Shown here: positions 45,552-50,705 of the stretch, piece by piece
Numbering within the stretch: the first letter of the stretch is position 1
Layout: each line of letters opens with the position of its first letter
Source of the DNA: Gemmatimonadota bacterium
GTDB taxonomy: Bacteria; Gemmatimonadota; Gemmatimonadetes; Gemmatimonadales; GWC2-71-9
Length of the DNA: 50,705 bases
NCBI GenBank assembly: GCA_041499215.1
Contig: JBGQJV010000002.1
Span: 1-50,705, forward strand
Direction of reading: 5' to 3'
Notes under the pieces: generated by a model
Databases searched by the model: none
Seen by the model: the letters and a program-made list of their open reading frames with translations, nothing else
What the model was told of the DNA's origin: nothing
Translations under genes and position numbers: made by a program

Positions 45552-46340
45552 TCAGACGCCGGCCGGCCGGACCTGAACCGGAACGACCTGCTGGCGGAGA
45601 TCCTTCACCAGCATTTCGGCCGCCCCGCCGAGCAGGGCAGCATCGACCCCGGCGGCGAGGAGGGTGAACCCCTCGCCAGGCCGGCTCCGGAGCCCGGCCG
45701 CCCCCAGCCCGAAGATGCCGGACCGGACCCCAGCGCTCCGGCAGGCCTCAGCCACCCGCTCGATTGCCGATCGGACCTCCGGATGGTCCAACTCACCGGG
45801 GTGGCCGAGACTGGCCGAAAGGTCGAACGGCCCGACGAAGACCGCATCGAGATCGGCCACCCGGGTGATGGCTTCAATGTTCCGGACTGCGTCCGCCGTT
45901 TCCGCCTGGACCACGACCGTGACCTGTTCCCGGGCCCGGTCCAGGTGCCCAGCCAGCCCAAGTCCATACCGGTTGGCCCTTCCGGTGCCCAATCCCCGGG
46001 TGCCTCGCGGCGGGTAGTGAGCGAACCGCACCGCCCGTTCGGCCTGTTCCGCAGTGGATATCTGCGGAACGATGATCCCGTCGGCGCCGGCGTCCAGGAC
46101 CCGCTTGATCCAGGCTTCTTCCAGGGCCGGGACGCGGACCAGACAGGCGGTCCGCCCAGCGACCACTTGAAGGATGAGCAACACATCGCGTGGGTCGAGC
46201 GCGCCATGCTCGGCGTCCACGAACAGCCAGTCGAACCCGGCTGTTGCCAGCAGGTCGGCCACCTCGGTGGCCGCCATGGTCAAGAGCGTCCCGTGGAGCA
46301 GCTCTCCAGCCCGGAGCCGGGCCTTGAACGGCCGGCTCAT
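45552..46340 (-). CDS. HpcH/HpaI-family aldolase
   Basis: ..GFDWLFVDAEHGALD.., ..RVPALEEAWIKRVLDAGADGIIVPQI.., ..YPPRGTRG.. are typical of 2-keto-3-deoxy-acid aldolases of the HpcH family. Confidence 0.8.
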   Translation of the reverse strand: MSRPFKARLRAGELLHGTLLTMAATEVADLLATAGFDWLFVDAEHGALDPRDVLLILQVVAGRTACLVRVPALEEAWIKRVLDAGADGIIVPQISTAEQAERAVRFAHYPPRGTRGLGTGRANRYGLGLAGHLDRAREQVTVVVQAETADAVRNIEAITRVADLDAVFVGPFDLSASLGHPGELDHPEVRSAIERVAEACRSAGVRSGIFGLGAAGLRSRPGEGFTLLAAGVDAALLGGAAEMLVKDLRQQVVPVQVRPAGV

Positions 46341-47896
46341 ATCCGGCGCACCTCGACAGTGCCGTCCTTGTTGTCCCGCACCTCCCAGCCAGCGGCGTTG
46401 AGCAGGTCGCGGATGCGGTCTGCTTCCTTATAGTCCCGGCGGCGTTTGGCCTCGGAGCGGAGCCGCGCCCAAGCCTTTGCCCAACCTTCTTGCTCATCCC
46501 TGCCCTCGGGGGCAGCAGAGGACAGAGAGTCAGCGCGCGTTTTATCGCTCAGGACGATCGAGTCGGTGAGCGTTACCGATAAAACGCGCGCTGCTTCCCC
46601 TCCTGGCAAAACGTCTAGCACTCCGATCAGCTTGTTCCACACCCCCATCCCCGCCTGGCCCGGCAGCTCCCCTTCATCGAGCAACCGGTTCCCGTCCCGC
46701 ACCGCGTCGAACAGCGCGGCAACCGCCTTCGGAGCGTTCAGATCCTCATCGAGAGCTTCGCGGACAGAGAGCTCGAGTCTCCGACTCCACTCCTGCCATC
46801 CTTCCGCCGGTCCGCCGGTCCGCCCGTCCGCCCGCCCGCCGGTCCGCCCGTCCGCCGGTCCGCCCGCCTTCCTGAGCCGGGCATCGAACTCCCCCAGCCG
46901 CCGGCTCCCCTCCCGCGCCCCCTCGAGGGCCTTGTCGGTCAGATCCATCTTCTGCCGGTAGTGGGTACTGAAGACCAGCAATCGGATTGCCCCGGGATCC
47001 ACTCCATCCTCCCGCAGATCCCGCGGGGTGGTGACGTTGCCGTAGCGCTTCGACATCTTTGTGCCGCGGATGCTCAGGAACTCCCCGTGCACCCAGTAGC
47101 GGGCGAACAGGTCCTTGCCGGTGTGAGCGCAGGACTGCGCGATCTCGTCCTCGTGATGCGGGAAGATCAGGTCTACCCCGCCGGCATGGATGTCGAGCAT
47201 GTCAACCCCGTAGTGGCGGCCGATGAGGTCGAGCGCCATGGCCGAGCACTCGATGTGCCACCCAGGCCTTCCCCGGCCGAAGGGGGCATCCCAGGCCGCG
47301 CCGACCTTTTCGTCCTCCTCCTTCGCGGCCTTCCACAGGACAAAGTCCCGGGCATTCTCCTTGTCGTACTCGTCCGCCAATACCCGGCCGCTGGCTCCGG
47401 CCTTGAGTTCACGCTTGTCGAGCTGCGACAGGCGGCCGTAGGCCGGGAACTTCGCGATGGAGAAGTAGACCGAGCCATCCTCACCCCGGTAGGCCACCCC
47501 CTTGTCCAGCAGCGACTGGATCAGCGCCACCATCGGCCTGATGAACTCGGTGGCCCTCGGGTACTCGTGGGCCCTCCGGATGCGCAACCAGTCGCAGTCC
47601 TCGAAGAAGGCCCGGGCGAAAGGTTCAGTGTGCAGCTTGAGTGGCTGACCGGCCGCGAGCGCGCCGCGAATGGTCTTGTCGTCCACATCCGTCAGATTCA
47701 TGATGTGGAACACCTCGTAGCCGCTGGCCTCCAGCCAGCGGCGCAGCAGATCCTCGAACAGGAACGTCCGGAAGTTCCCGATGTGGGCGAAGTTGTAGAC
47801 CGTGGGCCCGCAGGTGTACATCGCCAACCGCCCGGGCTTTAGCGGAGCGAACTCCTCGACCTGGCGGGTCAGGGTGTTGTAGAGGCGGAGCGGCAT
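46337..47896 (-). CDS. cysS: Cysteine--tRNA ligase (with a repeat-encoded insertion and a C-terminal extension)
   Basis: MPLRLYNTLTRQVEEF..CGPTVYNFAHIGN.. and KMSKRYGN. ATG 47896 chosen. 519 aa. Confidence 0.95.
   Translation of the reverse strand: MPLRLYNTLTRQVEEFAPLKPGRLAMYTCGPTVYNFAHIGNFRTFLFEDLLRRWLEASGYEVFHIMNLTDVDDKTIRGALAAGQPLKLHTEPFARAFFEDCDWLRIRRAHEYPRATEFIRPMVALIQSLLDKGVAYRGEDGSVYFSIAKFPAYGRLSQLDKRELKAGASGRVLADEYDKENARDFVLWKAAKEEDEKVGAAWDAPFGRGRPGWHIECSAMALDLIGRHYGVDMLDIHAGGVDLIFPHHEDEIAQSCAHTGKDLFARYWVHGEFLSIRGTKMSKRYGNVTTPRDLREDGVDPGAIRLLVFSTHYRQKMDLTDKALEGAREGSRRLGEFDARLRKAGGPADGRTGGRADGRTGGPAEGWQEWSRRLELSVREALDEDLNAPKAVAALFDAVRDGNRLLDEGELPGQAGMGVWNKLIGVLDVLPGGEAARVLSVTLTDSIVLSDKTRADSLSSAAPEGRDEQEGWAKAWARLRSEAKRRRDYKEADRIRDLLNAAGWEVRDNKDGTVEVRRI
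46804..46868. repeat. CCGGTCCG/CCCGTCCG octamer array inside the cysS coding sequence
   Basis: Encodes [22 protein letters not shown] in frame. 19 nt (46804-46822) are identical to 37031-37049 in the rpoB-rpoC spacer hairpin. Confidence 0.85.
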
Positions 47897-47931
47897 GGAT
47901 TCAGACGGTCTTCCGGGCGCGGAGCGGCATC

Positions 47932-48957
47932 TCACTCCCCCTCGGATGAGGGCGGCGCGATTTCCTCCTTGGGGCGGGACCCGGGGATAGTCCGCCGGGG
48001 CGCGCGACCGGCCAGGAGGGCGGTGGCCTCGTCCGGGTCGGTGTCGTCACTCACCCGGATGTGCATCGTCCGCTGCGGGAAGGGTATCTCGATCCCCTCG
48101 TGGTCCAGCCGGTTCTTGATCCGCCGGCGGAACTCCCGGCCGACCCCCCACTGCTTGCCGGGGCGCGTCCGGAACAGGGTCCGGATGGTGACCTGGCTGT
48201 CGCCCAGGTCGTTCACGCCGACTACCTCCGGCGGGCCGTCCAGCTCGAGACGCCACACCGGATCCGCGGCGACCCGTTCCGCCTCATCCCGGAAGATCTC
48301 CAGCGCCTTGTCGACCTCGGTGCCGTAGGCCACCCCGACATCCACCACCGCCCGCGACCAGGTCCGGGTCATGTTGCTCACCATGGAGATCTGCCCGTTG
48401 GGGATAATGTGCAGCGCTCCGTGGACGTCGCGCAGCATCACCACCCGCAGGGTCATCCGCTCCACCACTCCCGACTTTCCCGCGATCTCGATCACGTCCC
48501 CGACCGCAAACTGCCCCTCTATAAGGAAGAAGAACCCGGAAATCACGTCCTTGACCAGGCTCTGCGCACCGAACGACACGGCCAGACCGAGAATGCCCGC
48601 ACCGGCCAGCAGCGGGCCGATGTCCACGAAGACGTTGAGCGAGAGGAGCAGTGCCAGGGCGACGAAGAAGACCTTGCTCACGCTTCGGAGCAGTTGCGAG
48701 ATGGTCTGGCCGCGCTGCTCCGCTTCGGTGAGCCGGGTGTCGTCGCCATCGTCCACGGCCTGCTCGATCCGCCGGGCCACCAGCCGTACCAGCCGAGTGC
48801 CCAGCCAGGTCAGCACCCAGATGAGCCCGACCTGGAGCAGTTTCCGGATCAGCTCGGCCGCATCCACCTTCAGGATGTCAGCCAGCTGTCGTATGAAATC
48901 CGGAATGACGGCGGCGAGCACGGGCACAGGAGGCCTCGGAAAGAACGCCAGGAACAC
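47932..48957 (-). CDS. mscS: Small-conductance mechanosensitive channel (MscS family)
   Basis: Three N-terminal TM helices, then ..SLVKDVISGFFFLIEGQFAVGDVIEI.. beta-domain signature. Confidence 0.85.
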   Translation of the reverse strand: MFLAFFPRPPVPVLAAVIPDFIRQLADILKVDAAELIRKLLQVGLIWVLTWLGTRLVRLVARRIEQAVDDGDDTRLTEAEQRGQTISQLLRSVSKVFFVALALLLSLNVFVDIGPLLAGAGILGLAVSFGAQSLVKDVISGFFFLIEGQFAVGDVIEIAGKSGVVERMTLRVVMLRDVHGALHIIPNGQISMVSNMTRTWSRAVVDVGVAYGTEVDKALEIFRDEAERVAADPVWRLELDGPPEVVGVNDLGDSQVTIRTLFRTRPGKQWGVGREFRRRIKNRLDHEGIEIPFPQRTMHIRVSDDTDPDEATALLAGRAPRRTIPGSRPKEEIAPPSSEGE

Positions 48958-49008
48958 CGGGGCAGGAACTTAGGGCGCTCCCGACGGGCCATCAACCCGC
49001 AGCGTGGA

Positions 49009-49536
49009 TCAGAGACCCAGCTCCAGCCCCCCGACCACACTGATGAACTGCTGGTTGTTGATGCTCGGCAGTCTCTCGAAGGTCGAATGGAACCGGGCTT
49101 CGAAGCCGAGGGCGACAGGGCTCCCCCTGAGCCGGAGGCTCACCCCCGGTCCCAGGCTCCCGCCCACCGTGCTGCTGCCCTTCCCGCCGGAGGGGTCGAA
49201 CCGGTAGTTGCCGAGACCCGCAACCAGGTACACCTGCACCGGCCCCTCGCCGATCAACGAAGGCAACCGCACAAACCCACCGTAGACCTTGGACTTGAAG
49301 TCGCCGCCAGTGGTGTGCTGGCCGAACTCCGCCCCGAAGCTCACCCGCGCCAGTCGGATCCCAACCTCGGTCTGAAAGGAAAACCCCCCGCCGTTCTCCC
49401 CCGGGCTGTTGTCGTTCGTAGTGAACGCCGCTCCGGCGTACCCCGCCAGGAACACGGGCAACTGGGCCTCCGCCCTGGTCGGCTGCCCCATTTCGAGGGC
49501 CGCCAGCAGCAGCACACCGCCGATGATCCGTCGCAT
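49009..49536 (-). CDS. Small outer-membrane beta-barrel protein (OmpA-like/OmpW-like barrel)
   Basis: Signal peptide MRRIIGGVLLLAALEMGQPTRAEA, alternating amphipathic strands, and a C-terminal ..GGLELGL. Confidence 0.6.
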   Translation of the reverse strand: MRRIIGGVLLLAALEMGQPTRAEAQLPVFLAGYAGAAFTTNDNSPGENGGGFSFQTEVGIRLARVSFGAEFGQHTTGGDFKSKVYGGFVRLPSLIGEGPVQVYLVAGLGNYRFDPSGGKGSSTVGGSLGPGVSLRLRGSPVALGFEARFHSTFERLPSINNQQFISVVGGLELGL

Positions 49537-49706
49537 GCGTTCCCCGGGAATCGATGGGTGGTAACCTAACCGGATCGACGGAAGCGATGCGACCGGGCGT
49601 CACGGGGGAATGGCGGAGAACCACGGTGACCATGGCATGCCATCCCTCATCTTCGAGTGAGGACCGCAAGCCATGGTCATCGTCCCGTCGGGTGAGGGAA
49701 AGCAGG

Positions 49707-49753
49707 GAGCCCGGCACTCCGGTCGGACTGCTCGTCCGCGGAGTGCCGGGCTC
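49707..49753 (-). terminator. Hairpin downstream of the usp gene
   Basis: Perfect 15-bp stem GAGCCCGGCACTCCG / CGGAGTGCCGGGCTC with a 17-nt loop. It is followed on the minus strand by CCUGCUUUCCC. Confidence 0.4.
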
Positions 49754-49771
49754 GACTCACTGCCCAGGCAA

Positions 49772-50704
49772 TCAGTCGGGCTGGCCGGAGGGCCTGACTA
49801 CCAGTACAGGGTGGGTGGATCCGCGGATCACCTTGTCCGCCACACTCCCCACCACCAGCCGCTCGAACCCGCCCGCACCGTGGCTCGCCAGCACGATCAG
49901 GTCCGCCTTGATCGAACCGGCCTGCTCCAGAATGGTGCCGGCGGCGGTCGCCCCATCCACCGCGTGACACGACACCTGGAGCCCTTCCCGGCGGAGCCGG
50001 TCCGCGACGCCACTGAGGTACTCAGTCGCACCCTCCCTGATCCGGCGCTCCGTGTCCCCCGAGGTGGGCAGCACCATCAGCCCTGACGGATCGGCGATCG
50101 GCATCGGGGGCTCAACAACGAACACCAGCGAGTAGGAGGCGCCGAAGGGCCGTCCCAGCGCGGTGGCGCTGGTCAGCGCCCGCTCGGCGAACGGCGATCC
50201 ATCGAGCGCGATCAGTATCTTCGCGATGGTTCGCGGGGCCTCGGCCGCAACGCCCGCAGGCCGCACCAGCAGAAGCGGCACATGCAGCCGTCGCATCAAC
50301 TGGTCGGCAACGCTGCCCAGCCAGAAGCGACTGAGCGGCCCGCGCCCATGGGTGGTGCTCACCACCAGATCCGTGCCGGTGGCCTCGACCTGGGTTTGCA
50401 GCGCGTCCGCGACCGCTCCGTCCAGGACGACGGCCGAGACGGGGACGTTGGCCGTGGACCGAAGCCGGGTGACGATGCCGTCCAGGTAGTTCCTCTCCCT
50501 GAGGCGCGCCTCCTCGTCGAGCTGCGTCTCTATTTCTGGAACCTCGAGCGCGGTGGCCAGAGCGGGCACCGGGTGGTGAACCAGCGCGAGGTGCAGCAGC
50601 GCGCCGGCCCGGCGAGCGATTTCGACTGCGAGGGGAAGGGCCTGCTCGGCGAAGGGAGAGCCGTCGAGAGGTACGAAGATCGATCGATAGAGCGCGGTTG
50701 CCAT
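49772..50704 (-). CDS. Tandem-domain universal stress protein (UspA family)
   Basis: MATALYRSIFVPLDGSPFAEQAL.. and a second ..ILIALDGSPFAERAL.., each followed by ..GAGGFERLVVGSVADKV / GRGPLSRFWLGSVADQL. The ATG is 1 nt from the window end, so the true start cannot be confirmed. Confidence 0.8.
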   Translation of the reverse strand: MATALYRSIFVPLDGSPFAEQALPLAVEIARRAGALLHLALVHHPVPALATALEVPEIETQLDEEARLRERNYLDGIVTRLRSTANVPVSAVVLDGAVADALQTQVEATGTDLVVSTTHGRGPLSRFWLGSVADQLMRRLHVPLLLVRPAGVAAEAPRTIAKILIALDGSPFAERALTSATALGRPFGASYSLVFVVEPPMPIADPSGLMVLPTSGDTERRIREGATEYLSGVADRLRREGLQVSCHAVDGATAAGTILEQAGSIKADLIVLASHGAGGFERLVVGSVADKVIRGSTHPVLVVRPSGQPD

Positions 50705-50705
50705 A

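Overview
High-GC bacterial chromosome segment, coded almost entirely on the minus strand. No taxon can be assigned from sequence alone; type IV pilus genes, a lipoprotein and an OM beta-barrel suggest a diderm. The core is a contiguous transcription/translation supercluster. In minus-strand order it runs: tRNA-Thr(UGU), tRNA-Tyr, tRNA-Gly, tRNA-Thr(GGU), rpmG, secE, nusG, rplK, rplA, rplJ, rplL, rpoB, rpoC, two inserted peptidase genes, rpsL, rpsG, a 400-nt non-coding insertion, fusA, tuf, then the S10 operon (rpsJ to rpsQ) and the spc operon (rplN to rplO), secY, adk and map. Flanking it are housekeeping genes: a cyclodeaminase-family gene, an IMPase-family gene, trpS, pilT, an M28 peptidase, purA, a YpdA/Bdr-like reductase, two pilus-associated genes, an HpcH aldolase, cysS, mscS, an OM beta-barrel protein and a tandem Usp. 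No CRISPR array, transposase, integrase or recognisable defence or toxin genes were seen. The non-standard signals are all non-coding or low-complexity. (1) A 400-nt structured element flanked by 12-nt direct repeats is inserted exactly at the rpsG/fusA junction and carries promoter-like and terminator-like signals. (2) Many intercistronic spacers are filled by hairpins whose two arms are tandem arrays of 7-9-nt units. The unit sequence differs between loci, but a few unit families recur at several loci, once in frame inside cysS. (3) A CAGCTG-centred 20-28-nt palindrome occurs four times in ribosomal operon spacers. (4) Ribosomal proteins S5, L5 and L4 carry long low-complexity basic extensions. 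The many long ORFs antisense to or out of frame with these genes are treated as high-GC artefacts.
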